Below, one piece after another: positions 24,390-35,639 of a stretch of DNA of 64,000 nucleotides. Both the position numbers and the translations under genes were made by a program. The DNA is from an uncultured virus (IMG/VR IMGVR_UViG_3300044699_000033) (lineage: Duplodnaviria; Heunggongvirae; Uroviricota; Caudoviricetes), in the IMG/VR virus record IMGVR_UViG_3300044699_000033. The stretch is one strand, 5' to 3'. How positions within the stretch are numbered: the first letter of the stretch is position 1; each line of letters starts with the position of its first letter. A model generated the notes under the pieces. That model made no database searches. It had not been told where the DNA came from and saw nothing but the letters and a program-made list of their open reading frames with translations.

Positions 24390-26222
24390 TTAATAGTGGT
24401 AGGGATTTCTACCCATAGTTCCACCTTTCTTACCTGAAGGACCAAATCCATAGCTTGTTGGCAATGGAAGTCCTTTAAGCCCTACAAGTTTAATAAGGGC
24501 AGATTGCGCTCTTGGGTCAAGAGTATCAAACTTAGGAAGTAAGTCTGAAAGCACCTTATCTATTACATTAGCTTGAGCATTTCCAGCTATGTCTTGAATA
24601 TTCTGCGGATTTCTCCTGAACCTGTCTCTCTTGAAGTCATATCCATAAGCAGGGTTTGGCCCTTGGGCAAGTAATTGTAATGCAAGTGATTGATTATCTT
24701 GCACTTGTCCTTGTAGGTTATTCATTACTCTATCAGCTAAGAAACTTTTCATATTGTCAAAATTCTGCTGTCCTATTACAGATTCCCTGTAATACTGTTG
24801 GTCATTAATCATATTAGTCTGCTGTGCTTGGTTTCTCACCTGATTATTGTACTGTCTTGCTTGATTGAGAATACCAACATTCTGATTGTCATATTGACTT
24901 CTAACACCTGGAATTCTATCCAAAAGTTGTCCATATGTACTATTCTGTTGAGCATTTCTAAGAATAGGACTAAGGACATTAGCAGCCTGAGACTGTTGAT
25001 ATGCTACAGCTTTCATATCTCCAACTGCTTGCTCTGGATTAAGCAAAGCTGGTTCTACATATGATGGATTAAACCTGCTCCTATAAGGCATGTATCTCTT
25101 TGCAGAGGCATACCTAAAAGCATCATATCCTATACTAAGCTTTTGCCAAGGTGTGAAATTCCAGTCAATTTCCTTTCCTGTCTGTGTTTGAATATCTACA
25201 TTATTAGGAGTAATTTTGTTAGGAACATCTGGTTTAGTCCATATTTCATTTCCTGGAGTACTAACTGGAGGTCCTTGTAATTTAGGAATATTCGTATAGT
25301 CTACAGGAGGAATAGTGTTAAGAGGAGGAACACCTGATAAAGGAGGTACTCCAGACAAAGGTTTGTTACTTACTGTAACTCCTCTTAAAGTCTTAGCAGG
25401 TCCTTCAGCAGGGTTACCTTGACTATCAACATATATTTTTTCATACCATTGCTGCATTGCATCATTATATACATACTTATCACTATTCTTTGCATTTCTA
25501 CCTAGTCTTCTGTCTACAGCTCTGAGAGTCCAATAAGGTTCTCCACTTCCAATACCACCAAGTTGCATTTTTGGATTGATACTTCCACCATACTTAGCAT
25601 ACTGCTTTTGCTCATTGATTTCATTCTTTAAGTCTGTATCATATACAGGCGCAGTACCTTGTGCAAATGCAGGAATTCCATCAGGGAATCCTTTCTTTCC
25701 TTCTTGTACAAAGGCTATATTTCCAAGCTTTTGGAAATACTTCTCTAACATTAGCATAGAAGATCTCTTAGCTAAGTCATCCTTTTTTATGTCTTGTAGA
25801 TTGGTTGTCAATGTATTATAATGTTTTATGTCTATATTCTTTTTAACAACTTCAGCAGGTGTATACTTTTTGTCTTTATTCTTGTTACCATAAGTACCAC
25901 CTAGTTCAAACATGTCACAATCTTTCTTATTAAAAGCAAGAGTTTTATCATCAGAGAATACAAATGAGTTTGGCTTGAGCATAACATCCATACCACCTCC
26001 AGAGTGCTTCTTACCTTTTGCCTTGAACACAGCAGATAAATCTGGCTCAAGAACTATCTCATCTCCTTCTATCTCAACATTTGACCTATAAGGATTTTCC
26101 TTTATAGTTGTATTAATTTTAGGATCTGACTCTATAGAAGGTACATCAGTTTTATCCATAGGATAAAAAGCTGTATTAAAATGGTACATATCCTTATATG
26201 TCTTGCTCTCTTTGTTATTCAT
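24390..26222 (-). CDS. Virion structural/cargo protein
   Basis: 610 aa; EIEGDE...GKKHSGGG...FVFSD motif typical of this crAss-like block; repeated xxxGG motifs. Confidence 0.55.
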   Translation of the reverse strand: MNNKESKTYKDMYHFNTAFYPMDKTDVPSIESDPKINTTIKENPYRSNVEIEGDEIVLEPDLSAVFKAKGKKHSGGGMDVMLKPNSFVFSDDKTLAFNKKDCDMFELGGTYGNKNKDKKYTPAEVVKKNIDIKHYNTLTTNLQDIKKDDLAKRSSMLMLEKYFQKLGNIAFVQEGKKGFPDGIPAFAQGTAPVYDTDLKNEINEQKQYAKYGGSINPKMQLGGIGSGEPYWTLRAVDRRLGRNAKNSDKYVYNDAMQQWYEKIYVDSQGNPAEGPAKTLRGVTVSNKPLSGVPPLSGVPPLNTIPPVDYTNIPKLQGPPVSTPGNEIWTKPDVPNKITPNNVDIQTQTGKEIDWNFTPWQKLSIGYDAFRYASAKRYMPYRSRFNPSYVEPALLNPEQAVGDMKAVAYQQSQAANVLSPILRNAQQNSTYGQLLDRIPGVRSQYDNQNVGILNQARQYNNQVRNQAQQTNMINDQQYYRESVIGQQNFDNMKSFLADRVMNNLQGQVQDNQSLALQLLAQGPNPAYGYDFKRDRFRRNPQNIQDIAGNAQANVIDKVLSDLLPKFDTLDPRAQSALIKLVGLKGLPLPTSYGFGPSGKKGGTMGRNPYHY

Positions 26223-26228
26223 GTTTGT

Positions 26229-27548
26229 TTATTTTTGTTGGTATAGTTCTCTTGCATTCCTTGCCCTATTCTTATCTATATAAGCAGGTCTTTCATAATG
26301 TTTAGCAAATATATTAGCTGCTTCTTCAGGAGTAGTAGCATTTAAAGTCTTCTGCAAATCTCCTCTTTGGTTTGCTTCTTGATATACATACTCTAGTTGA
26401 GTGTCTAATGATTTAGGGTCTTTGCCTTGTGAAGCAGCCCACTTTTGAAGAGCTGGCCACCTATTTCCTTGCCATTGTGCAATTCCATGAGATGCCCCAT
26501 TGTCTCCAGTTATATCATCTGTTATTACATCAGGTCTAAAGTTACCTGACTCTTGTATAAGATTTCCCACTATCCCTGCTGAAACGTGAGCAGGAAGTCC
26601 TTTACTTTTGAAGAATTCATAAGCATATTTAGAGGGATTATCAGGATTTGAACTTCCTTGAGAAGTATAAGGATTAACACCTCTTATCTTTGGAGCAAAG
26701 TAAGTTTGTCCACTTCCTAAATCAGGATTTCCTGCAACAGTCTGATAACCATCTTGTTGCATAGCAAGCTGTAAAGCCATTTCATAATCATCTGGTTCCT
26801 GAGGTTGTTGTTCTACATCTATTCCAAGTTCTTCTTCTGAAGGAGCTGTATTTTGACTCTCTTTAGCCTCATCACTACTATCATAATCTCCTGCATCATT
26901 CTGAAAGAGATAATTGAATACATCTCTTGCTGTTAAACCACCTTTTGACATATAAGGATTTGTACCACCTTTTCCAAAGACTTTTGCTATACTATTCATA
27001 GCAGGAGCAGGTGTAACTTTTTGTTTATTATAAGCAGCATAAATATTTGGGTCAACTTTTACAAAGTTACCATTTTGAGGATGGTCATAACCATATCCTT
27101 CAGATGTATTATATACTGCACTAATAGGCACTCCAGAAGGTAAAACTCTAGGAAGAGTTTGAGGAGGAGTAGCAATTTGACCATTTGGATATACAAATTG
27201 AGGGACAGGATCTCCAACATTTCTTGCTGCAAATGTTTCACCAGCAAGAAAAGAAGAAGCCCCATTCTTTATTGCAATTCTCTTAGCAAGAGCATTTACA
27301 TCTAGTAACTGCTTATTATTTTCAATTATACCACCTGTTTGCATAGGTATTTCTCTAACTGATGTACCTGCAAATTTATATGGTTTCTTTCTTCCTGCTT
27401 TCATTATTTTCTTATTTCCAAAGTTATCAATACCTGTTAAATCCATAGGAGTATTGGACATATCTATTATATTAGATTGAATGTCTATGTAAGGATTCCC
27501 TGCAAATGGGCTACCTTTTGAATAGCCTAAAATTGACATTATATCCAT
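26229..27548 (-). CDS. Virion protein with C-terminal phage tail lysozyme (Phage_lysozyme2-like) domain
   Basis: SAGIVGNLIQESG...GIAQWQGNRW...QLEYVYQE...FAKHYERP signature. Confidence 0.85.
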   Translation of the reverse strand: MDIMSILGYSKGSPFAGNPYIDIQSNIIDMSNTPMDLTGIDNFGNKKIMKAGRKKPYKFAGTSVREIPMQTGGIIENNKQLLDVNALAKRIAIKNGASSFLAGETFAARNVGDPVPQFVYPNGQIATPPQTLPRVLPSGVPISAVYNTSEGYGYDHPQNGNFVKVDPNIYAAYNKQKVTPAPAMNSIAKVFGKGGTNPYMSKGGLTARDVFNYLFQNDAGDYDSSDEAKESQNTAPSEEELGIDVEQQPQEPDDYEMALQLAMQQDGYQTVAGNPDLGSGQTYFAPKIRGVNPYTSQGSSNPDNPSKYAYEFFKSKGLPAHVSAGIVGNLIQESGNFRPDVITDDITGDNGASHGIAQWQGNRWPALQKWAASQGKDPKSLDTQLEYVYQEANQRGDLQKTLNATTPEEAANIFAKHYERPAYIDKNRARNARELYQQK

Positions 27549-28588
27549 TATTGAAATCCATGTTTTCTTTTCATCATTAATGCAAAAGCTCTTCTATGTC
27601 CTGTGCAATGTGGGTTGCTCAAAGGAGTACACCATCCTTTGTGTGCAGGATTGATAGCCTTCTGTATCCACTTTCCACCTTTCTTGTATATTCCTTGTTG
27701 CATATTTTTAACTATCTCATTAAAATCAGCACCTTGTTCAGAAGGTTGTTGTCCTAACATTCCTGTTAAAGCATTCATAGGGTCTGATAGTTGAGGAAAA
27801 GGTAACTGATTTATAGTAAGATTTTTAATCTTTCTTGGATTACCAAAGAATGTTTGTCCTCCAAACTGCATCCTTCCTGCTGTCTCATCAATTGCTGTGT
27901 TATGAGAATCATTTGTGTACATATACTTCTTTATATTTCCACCAAGTTTAGCATATAGATTATAAGGATTTGGTTGGAAATTATCTACAGGTTGAGACTC
28001 TATTCTACCAAGTGTAGAGAGATTTCCTCTTAGATACCTATTTTGTCTTCTTCTGTCCATTATTCCTGATAGCCAAGATAATCCTGTTGTAACACCTTGT
28101 AAACCAAGTCCTAATTGGAATGGGTCTACTTTCTTATTATTGTCTATTCTCCAGTCGCCATTATTCTTTTGCCTAATAGGATCTATATTATATGGTGAGC
28201 TTTCTCCTTCCTCCTGAATAGGAGTAGTCAATGCAGGGTCTGCTCCATTTAACATCTTTAGCCTTTGCGCCTCAAGCATGAGTCTGTCTGTTTCTGAGCT
28301 GCTTCTAGTAAAAGTGTATCCTGGATTCTTTTCATGTAATTGCTGTCCTTCACAAGGAATAGGATTACCAATTGCATCGAAGCAACCACCTTGCTGCATT
28401 TTAGGCTTCCCTCCGCACTTTAGACATTTCTTTCTAGAATAATCTATAGCACCTCCAAAGTTCTTAACCTTATCAGGTAGAGACTTAATGGAAGGTGTAG
28501 CATGAGCCCATTCATGGCAGTCCACTTTTCCGTGAAATCCATTAGTTGCAAAACATGCTTTCATTTGTTGTTTAGATCTGAATGGCAT
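27548..28588 (-). CDS. Virion structural/cargo protein with repeated GG motifs
   Basis: 346 aa; MPFRSKQQ N-terminus; KKGGKWIQKAI...RRAFA C-terminal module. Confidence 0.5.
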   Translation of the reverse strand: MPFRSKQQMKACFATNGFHGKVDCHEWAHATPSIKSLPDKVKNFGGAIDYSRKKCLKCGGKPKMQQGGCFDAIGNPIPCEGQQLHEKNPGYTFTRSSSETDRLMLEAQRLKMLNGADPALTTPIQEEGESSPYNIDPIRQKNNGDWRIDNNKKVDPFQLGLGLQGVTTGLSWLSGIMDRRRQNRYLRGNLSTLGRIESQPVDNFQPNPYNLYAKLGGNIKKYMYTNDSHNTAIDETAGRMQFGGQTFFGNPRKIKNLTINQLPFPQLSDPMNALTGMLGQQPSEQGADFNEIVKNMQQGIYKKGGKWIQKAINPAHKGWCTPLSNPHCTGHRRAFALMMKRKHGFQ

Positions 28589-28589
28589 A

Positions 28590-31500
28590 TTATCTGATTG
28601 AAACTAGTTTTTTAACATTCAATAACTTAAATAGGAATTTGGTAGAACCACTGACAGTTTTTGTGAACCTGAACTTGTTAAAATAATGTCTGAACTTCTT
28701 TCTTTCCTCTTCAGGCTTGTTCATGTCTACAGCTAAAGGGTTCACTACATTCTTATATCCTGATTCATCTGTTGGGAATAAGTGTGCTTCTGTCCTTGTA
28801 AACTCTCCTCTGTCCTTTACAGTGTCCCAAAATTGGTTAATTCTGTACTTGTTCTCTTCTTTATGGAAAAGAATATTGAAAGTTACAGCAGTTGATGGGT
28901 CTCTTTTTGGATATTCAAGATTGTCTTCTACATTGTCAGAAGCATAGTTTAGCTTTAACAAAGGAGATATCTGCTCTGTGTTACTAACTACAAGTCTGTC
29001 AAAATTCTCATGGTGTACATGAAACTTGTCCCTGCCTGAGTTCTTATATTTATATGCTTCCCAAAGGTATTCAATACTTCTTGGAATGTGTACCTGCTGA
29101 CCTGAAGAAGAAACTACCTCTATTTCAGAAGGATAATCTATCCCATAGAAATTACAGAAGCTGTCATACCTTTCATTATGCTTGTATATGATATTATCCT
29201 TTACAGTCATAAAGTGATTCTCTGCTTGAATTACCCAATCAGGATGCCAGTCATGCCAAGAGACAAATCCCTTGTCTTGTGGACAATAAGATAGTGTCCA
29301 GGATATATCATTAAAGTACTGACTTCTTAGCAGGATACTAGTACTCTTATAATAAAATGAGCCATCATGATAAGAAATATCAGCTTTGTACTCAGGTTTA
29401 GGTGAGAAGTCTCTTTTGGTAACATAAAAAGTTTCATTAAAGCTGTCAAAAATTGTGTAATAACCAACTCCTGAAATAGGATTTTCAACCTCTGGATAAG
29501 AGGGAAAATACTTATACAGGAATATTGGCATGTAATTCTTGCACCAAAATGATAACCCTGCTCTTGCTATGTCTTCCATAGAGTCAGCATTTATTATTCT
29601 GCCCTGCTTCTCTGATGGATAAAATCTACCTAAGTGGGTGTTTGAGAAAGCCCATCTGGAGTTACAACTTCCGTAGTTATTATCTGTAGGAAGCATCTCT
29701 CTTGGGTCTTGAGCAAACAGTCCGCCATCTCCAATTGTTACTTTTCTACCACTTCCTTCTAATTCAAGAAAATCTTTTCCCATAGAAACATAAGGAGAAG
29801 ATTTTGAGAATAGAAATATAAGTCTATCTTGGTCAAGTTTGTGAATACCTGTTAAACTACCAAAGTCACTTTCTCTAAATGCAAAGTAGTTTGCAGGGAG
29901 GAAGTACTGCCAGTTGTCAACTTGCTGTAAGTTGAAAGAAGGCAGGGAATATATTACAGAGTTTGGCTGAGAAATAGGAATAGGGTCTGTTGGGTCAAAG
30001 TCATCCCTCTGTTGAATAGCTGAAATCTCTGTAGTGTAAATATCAGAATAGGCTCTTGATATTTGGAACTCTTCTGGGAATTCCCACCTGTCACTTCTGA
30101 ATATCTGTGATAAATTAGTATTGTTTTTATAGTAGAAAGGATGCTCTGTCTTTTCTCTAAAGTGAATATTATAGTCACATTCTACAAAGAAGTCCATTAC
30201 ACAATTACTAGCAAGGTACATATAAGCATCATCTATTCTTGATATAGACTTTTTATCCCCTCCTTTACAGTCAAGATTGTGCTTAGATGTAGTAGTTCTT
30301 GAGAACTTGGTAAAGTTCACAACATTGCCTGATAACAATTGTGAAAAGTCATACTTTGTACTATCAATCCAGAATCTAGGATAGCCTATATTATTATATA
30401 ACCTATAGTCATATTCAGTTCCATCCGGGTAGTTTATGTTGGCTATGTGTTGGCTAAAGAATTGCTTTCTCTTCTGAATCTGTACTCTAGCAATAATACA
30501 GTCACCACCAAAGAGAACAGGACTCTCTTCAATATCTTGGGTAAATGGAATGACACAAGAATGCATTGATACAGGAGAAGCAGAGCCCACTGTGCCATAT
30601 TGATTAGGGTTTGTAACTTTAGAGGTAGCATAAAATGCTGAGCCTTTTGATGTTATGCTATCTGTAGGTTTCTCACACATACCAAATCCTGAAATAGTAT
30701 TCCTAGAGGTATCTTTTGTTACAGGATCTGTGATGGGTTTGTTTAATTCAAGAAAGACAGATTTCTCACTAAAGTAGTTATTAAAAGTCTTATCATTTAT
30801 TGTTACAACATCAGACGGAATATATTCAGGATCACTTATTAATCTTCTTCTTTTATTACCATCTGCTACACATAAACTCTGTGTAAATAAGGCATGACTA
30901 TTGTACTGATATACATAGTCAGTATATCCTGTAAAGTTATAAATTACATTAAATATTTGGTCAGCTTGCTCTATTCCTTTAAATGTTCCATAGGCTGCTT
31001 TTAGTCCCAGAGAGGCTAATACCTTAAGAGCAGTAAAAATTAAGTTGGCTGCGGCAAGGATTCCACCACCATCAAGTGCCTGAATAGCATTGATAATCAT
31101 TGCTGTAAGCTGTCCAGGTGATAAAGAGATTAAGTCATCCACTGAATTTATCTCTATCTTAGTACCAACACTCACCTTCCTTACAGGAGGAACTGTCACC
31201 TCTGTTTCTGTCTGTCCTGACATATTAGCTTTACCTAATAAGACTAATGTAGTCTCAATAAAGCCTGTAGCAGCAGCTAGCCAGAATGCAAACTGATTTA
31301 GTAGTTTTTGACGAGGATGATTATGCACCTTTTCAAAACTTCCTGTAATATCTGCTATTTCTTCACTCTCTATCTTTAATTCATTACCAAGTGAGTATTT
31401 TGGCTCAAAAGAAGTGTGAGGAGAGTAGAAATTAAATTTATCCTTGTAATATCCTGTTAATGGTGTAAAATTATGCTCTTTACCATTCTTAAAAGATGTC

Positions 31501-33179
31501 TGTGTGGAAGATAAATATTGGTCAGGTGATAAATCATTTACATTATAGTTGGAATATAATACTGTTTGTTGGGTTTGTACATCATCATAAAATCTTGTAT
31601 TAGTTATTATTCCTCTTGCTACCACTGTACCATTTCCACCTTTCCTGTCTGACCTTGTAATTCTATACCCTACAATATCAGGACTATCAAATTTTGGAAT
31701 ATTTTTGAACCTAACTCCTAACACATTTACATACTGCTTTCCGTCTATAATAGAATACCTAGGAACTTTACATTCATCTGGCATCTTGTGTAGTCTTCTT
31801 GGTTTTCCTGCATCATCTCCAAACATAGCTACATTGTCAGGCCAAGGTTCTGTAGACTCAAAATAGCCCATAGCTCCATAGCCTAGCAGTCTTGTTCCAC
31901 ATGAAAATTCATTATTATAAGGAACCATCTTACCTGCTGTGTTCTCTACCTGCCACCTTACAATAGTTCCTGGAATTTCACACACATAGTCTTTGTCATA
32001 CTCATATACATCTGCTGATGACACAGGTGATAAGTCATCATCCTCTGCTATTCTCCCACCTATATTATATTTATCAGTAACCTCTCCTGTATTATATTCT
32101 CCTTGAATATAAAAATCATAATTCTCATCTCTATAATACCCAACATCTTCTCCGTCAAACTGGTAATAATCTGCAAGGACTTGCTTCACAACATATTCAG
32201 TTTCTATCTGCATAGCCTTCAGCTGATAGTTTTCTTCATCTCTTCCTACTAAATCTGCAATAATAAGATAGTTAGAATTTGAAGTAATAATACCTGCTGT
32301 ATTCCATGTATTTCTCTTAACAACAAGTTGAGAGAGTGGAATTTCTTCATATGTAGGATTAATAAAGTCAGTTACAGAGACACTCTTTATCTTTGTAGAA
32401 TAGGTTCCTATTTTCTTGGCAAGCTTAGTAACTCCTTTGGTGTTAGGGTCTATATAAGTTCCCACTACTCCTAAAGTGAATTCATCGAATTCTGTATCAA
32501 GATTTGATAATGTTATTTCAAGAGAATTAGAATTTGTTTCTGAGAATAACATTCTTCTATTAGTTATTGAGAACCAGTCTGTAAATACCTGATTATCAAC
32601 TGAATAGGCTATCACTACAGAATATGAACCATTTGGCATGTTGCCAATATTGCCCTTCTTTACAGAGATACAAGGTTGGTCAATCTTCTTCCATAACAGA
32701 ATGTCATCACAACTTGTAAGGTTTGCAAGAGATTTTAATTCTACCCTTCTTACAGGATTAGCTTTATCTGTAAAAGTAACAACTGTTCCTTTATGAAAAT
32801 CCTTCTTAGCAACTCCATGAATAGGTTGATTAAACTGTGAGAAATTAAAACAAGGAAGGTTCTTAACTTTAGTGTATGTACAATCTTTAGGGTTGCCTAT
32901 GCCTATTTCTGAATCAGTCTCATCTCCAGAGAATACTAAAAAAGTACCATCTGGTAAATCAACATGTCCTAATATCTTGTAAGGTGCAGAAATGCAACTA
33001 AGATTAGAAGGTTCATTTCCAACAGTCCCTAAGTCTCCATCTTTTGAATTTCTAACAATATTTCTAGCATGAGAATACATCTCCTTAGAGTGGTAAGAAG
33101 AGTTCAAATCTGTTACAAGAGCAGCTTTTGAAGTTATATTAGTATCAACACTTGAAGTATTTTGCAAATTGTCAGCCAT
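28590..33179 (-). CDS. Tail stabilisation/muzzle protein (P22 gp10-like, crAss type)
   Basis: 1529 aa; N-terminal SHARNI...GNEPSN, C-terminal SWTLSY...SWHDWHPD; follows the tail tube gene. Confidence 0.8.
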   Translation of the reverse strand: MADNLQNTSSVDTNITSKAALVTDLNSSYHSKEMYSHARNIVRNSKDGDLGTVGNEPSNLSCISAPYKILGHVDLPDGTFLVFSGDETDSEIGIGNPKDCTYTKVKNLPCFNFSQFNQPIHGVAKKDFHKGTVVTFTDKANPVRRVELKSLANLTSCDDILLWKKIDQPCISVKKGNIGNMPNGSYSVVIAYSVDNQVFTDWFSITNRRMLFSETNSNSLEITLSNLDTEFDEFTLGVVGTYIDPNTKGVTKLAKKIGTYSTKIKSVSVTDFINPTYEEIPLSQLVVKRNTWNTAGIITSNSNYLIIADLVGRDEENYQLKAMQIETEYVVKQVLADYYQFDGEDVGYYRDENYDFYIQGEYNTGEVTDKYNIGGRIAEDDDLSPVSSADVYEYDKDYVCEIPGTIVRWQVENTAGKMVPYNNEFSCGTRLLGYGAMGYFESTEPWPDNVAMFGDDAGKPRRLHKMPDECKVPRYSIIDGKQYVNVLGVRFKNIPKFDSPDIVGYRITRSDRKGGNGTVVARGIITNTRFYDDVQTQQTVLYSNYNVNDLSPDQYLSSTQTSFKNGKEHNFTPLTGYYKDKFNFYSPHTSFEPKYSLGNELKIESEEIADITGSFEKVHNHPRQKLLNQFAFWLAAATGFIETTLVLLGKANMSGQTETEVTVPPVRKVSVGTKIEINSVDDLISLSPGQLTAMIINAIQALDGGGILAAANLIFTALKVLASLGLKAAYGTFKGIEQADQIFNVIYNFTGYTDYVYQYNSHALFTQSLCVADGNKRRRLISDPEYIPSDVVTINDKTFNNYFSEKSVFLELNKPITDPVTKDTSRNTISGFGMCEKPTDSITSKGSAFYATSKVTNPNQYGTVGSASPVSMHSCVIPFTQDIEESPVLFGGDCIIARVQIQKRKQFFSQHIANINYPDGTEYDYRLYNNIGYPRFWIDSTKYDFSQLLSGNVVNFTKFSRTTTSKHNLDCKGGDKKSISRIDDAYMYLASNCVMDFFVECDYNIHFREKTEHPFYYKNNTNLSQIFRSDRWEFPEEFQISRAYSDIYTTEISAIQQRDDFDPTDPIPISQPNSVIYSLPSFNLQQVDNWQYFLPANYFAFRESDFGSLTGIHKLDQDRLIFLFSKSSPYVSMGKDFLELEGSGRKVTIGDGGLFAQDPREMLPTDNNYGSCNSRWAFSNTHLGRFYPSEKQGRIINADSMEDIARAGLSFWCKNYMPIFLYKYFPSYPEVENPISGVGYYTIFDSFNETFYVTKRDFSPKPEYKADISYHDGSFYYKSTSILLRSQYFNDISWTLSYCPQDKGFVSWHDWHPDWVIQAENHFMTVKDNIIYKHNERYDSFCNFYGIDYPSEIEVVSSSGQQVHIPRSIEYLWEAYKYKNSGRDKFHVHHENFDRLVVSNTEQISPLLKLNYASDNVEDNLEYPKRDPSTAVTFNILFHKEENKYRINQFWDTVKDRGEFTRTEAHLFPTDESGYKNVVNPLAVDMNKPEEERKKFRHYFNKFRFTKTVSGSTKFLFKLLNVKKLVSIR

Positions 33180-33397
33180 TAATCATCATCATTTTCATCA
33201 GAAATTACAGATTTAAGCACATCTTTTTCATGACTAACCTGAAAGTCATATTCTTCTATTTGATCCCCAAGATAATCTAACTCAAGTAGTATGCATCCTG
33301 GTCTTGCTATAATACCCACTACTTCATAACCTCTCTGTCTTGGATCATTTTTAAGATACACAATATCCTGAATACTAAATTTAGTCTTAATTGTCAT
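33179..33397 (-). CDS. Small hypothetical protein
   Basis: MTIKTKFSIQDIVYLKNDP..., start overlaps the upstream stop. Confidence 0.55.
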   Translation of the reverse strand: MTIKTKFSIQDIVYLKNDPRQRGYEVVGIIARPGCILLELDYLGDQIEEYDFQVSHEKDVLKSVISDENDDD

Positions 33398-33638
33398 GTT
33401 TCTTGAATTTAACTGCCACATAAGTACCAACCATACTACCAAGTACAGCAGGAAATAGTAGCCAGTGATTTATTATAAAGCTAATTGTTGAAATCCCTCC
33501 AGATAATGTAATAAACCCTGCCCAAAGTGCAGCTTTTAATGCGTCATTGTCTGAAATACCTTTTACTGCTTTTGCCCACCCATATGAAACAACGAAGTCA
33601 ATAACAAATATTATTATGAATAACCACCAGAAGCTCAT
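33387..33638 (-). CDS. Small multi-pass membrane protein
   Basis: 83 aa with three hydrophobic segments. Confidence 0.6.
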   Translation of the reverse strand: MSFWWLFIIIFVIDFVVSYGWAKAVKGISDNDALKAALWAGFITLSGGISTISFIINHWLLFPAVLGSMVGTYVAVKFKKHDN

Positions 33639-34054
33639 AGTCTTTTGGGAAGTTTACCACCAAGTTTCTTAAATAATTCCTCAAATAAAAATCCATATAA
33701 ATACGCATAATTCTCTTCAGAACCATAACTATATGTAACACCTCTTACATGCATTATATCTCCAACTACATGATAGAGTTCATGACTTAACAAATTAGGA
33801 GTCAAATCACTGTGCCAACTATAAAAGATTTCACCCTTTCCAAGAGGTGCATTTACATGAAATTGGTATCCATTTGTTGTGTCAGCATCTTCTCCAAATG
33901 AGAAAGATTTACTCCAACTATAGTATTTTGCACCTTTTCCGTACTTTCTGTTAAGATATTTTAACAAATCTGGAACCTCTCCTCCTATTAGAAATATTAC
34001 ATATGCGTCATAGTGCTTACTATAAACCTGAATCTTCTTTAATTTCCTCTTCAT
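33635..34054 (-). CDS. Small zincin-like (HExxH) protein
   Basis: LSHELYH...EENYAYLYG motif. Confidence 0.6.
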   Translation of the reverse strand: MKRKLKKIQVYSKHYDAYVIFLIGGEVPDLLKYLNRKYGKGAKYYSWSKSFSFGEDADTTNGYQFHVNAPLGKGEIFYSWHSDLTPNLLSHELYHVVGDIMHVRGVTYSYGSEENYAYLYGFLFEELFKKLGGKLPKRL

Positions 34055-34073
34055 GTTGGTTTGTTAAGAATTA

Positions 34074-34934
34074 TTATTGAAAATATTTGAACCAGTGATT
34101 ATACCAGCCAAGTTCCTTTCTTCTTTGTGATTTCACATACTCTCCATAGCCTTTATCAAGAGTGAAGTTGAAGGCATCCATCCAAGCTTGAGATTTCTCC
34201 TTTTCTGCAAGCTTCCTAAAGTATTCACCTTCTTCCCTGTTTATGTCTGAATTAAATATAGCATCTAGAATTATGTTATATTTAATAGTCCACTCATACC
34301 AAGGAGTTATGTTAGAATGGAATGGGAATGTAATATTACCCTCTTCATCCTTCATTGCCCCTAAATATATTAGGTAGAGTGTACCTGCTCTGAAAGGAGT
34401 ATGAATTTCTCCATCTTTTATTGTAATTGTATACTTTCCCTTCTTTTTAGTGTTAGGGCAAGCTACATGGCAGAACTTATTAGATTGACTATCTACGTCC
34501 AGTTGCACCCAAGAACCATAGTTATGAACAGTAGTTTGTGTTTGCCTCTTTATTACCACTCTGTAGTTGTCTACACAACCTAGAGATTCTCTGTCCAATC
34601 CTGCTTCATATACTACATCACTGTCAAAGTTGTTGTCAAATGGATTTACACCATAACTTACTATTGTATTAGTTGCCTGAAGTCCACAAATGTAATAAAG
34701 CTTCTCAAAGTCCATTGGTAGTTTTGCTACATTGTTAAATACAGGAATACCAATCTCCCTGATTTCTCTGATGGGAAGTCCAAGCTTATCATTACACCAT
34801 AAGACATGCTTAATTATTTCTCCATCATCTACCAGACCTTCAGCATTCATCTTTCTAAAAGAAGTCTTAACAATATCTGTAAGCTCACTGATAGGACGAT
34901 GTTGGAACAATTTATTATTTATAGTATTTTCCAT
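34074..34934 (-). CDS. Tail tubular/ring protein
   Basis: 286 aa; synteny between ring protein and muzzle genes; LIYLGAMKDEEG motif. Confidence 0.6.
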   Translation of the reverse strand: MENTINNKLFQHRPISELTDIVKTSFRKMNAEGLVDDGEIIKHVLWCNDKLGLPIREIREIGIPVFNNVAKLPMDFEKLYYICGLQATNTIVSYGVNPFDNNFDSDVVYEAGLDRESLGCVDNYRVVIKRQTQTTVHNYGSWVQLDVDSQSNKFCHVACPNTKKKGKYTITIKDGEIHTPFRAGTLYLIYLGAMKDEEGNITFPFHSNITPWYEWTIKYNIILDAIFNSDINREEGEYFRKLAEKEKSQAWMDAFNFTLDKGYGEYVKSQRRKELGWYNHWFKYFQ

Positions 34935-35634
34935 TAGTTCTTTCTATTAGTGTTTTTATCAATTTGCACATCTTCAGGAAGTTGCTTAGTTGGGAACATT
35001 AGCTGGAATGCTTTAGCCATCATCTCACTATGTAACCAGTCAGGAACCATAAATTGTGTATCTAGGAACCTTACACACTCTTTCTTATCATCACAGTCAG
35101 CAGCAGGAGAACATGGTTTAACATCTAGTAAAGCTATATCATCTGTAAAATATCCAACAATATTTACAAATCCTGGGTTATATTCAGGAAACCACAAATA
35201 CCCATCAGCAGGAAAAGAGTATTTGGTAGGCTGCATTTTGTGGTATGGGTTGTTCCTTCTACTCTGCCATGTAATAGGGTCTGTATAAAAAAAGTCTGTT
35301 GTATTATCTACAGAATTAACACTTCTTACAACAGGTCCAAGATTATCTATCCACATTTCAGGAAGCTTGTATTTAGTCCTGTATACTATACAGTTAGTCT
35401 TTACAGGGCAACATTTCTCAGTTGTAGGTACTTCTATTACCTCTTGGCAAGGGAGAGTTTGAAACAGAGAGTTATTTCTATATATTCTACCTGCTGAAAT
35501 TTCCCTCTTTACCAACCATTTACCCTGATTCATAAGAGCATTGTACAAGAACTGATTGCTGAAATTACTATCAGCATTCTGCTCTTGCAGCATTTTCCTA
35601 AAGTCATTTATTATTTGCCTTTTAGTACTTAACA
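34934..35634 (-). CDS. Tail ring protein
   Basis: MLSTKRQII...RTKYKLP...YLWF; crAss-like tail block synteny. Confidence 0.55.
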
Positions 35635-35639
35635 TATTT

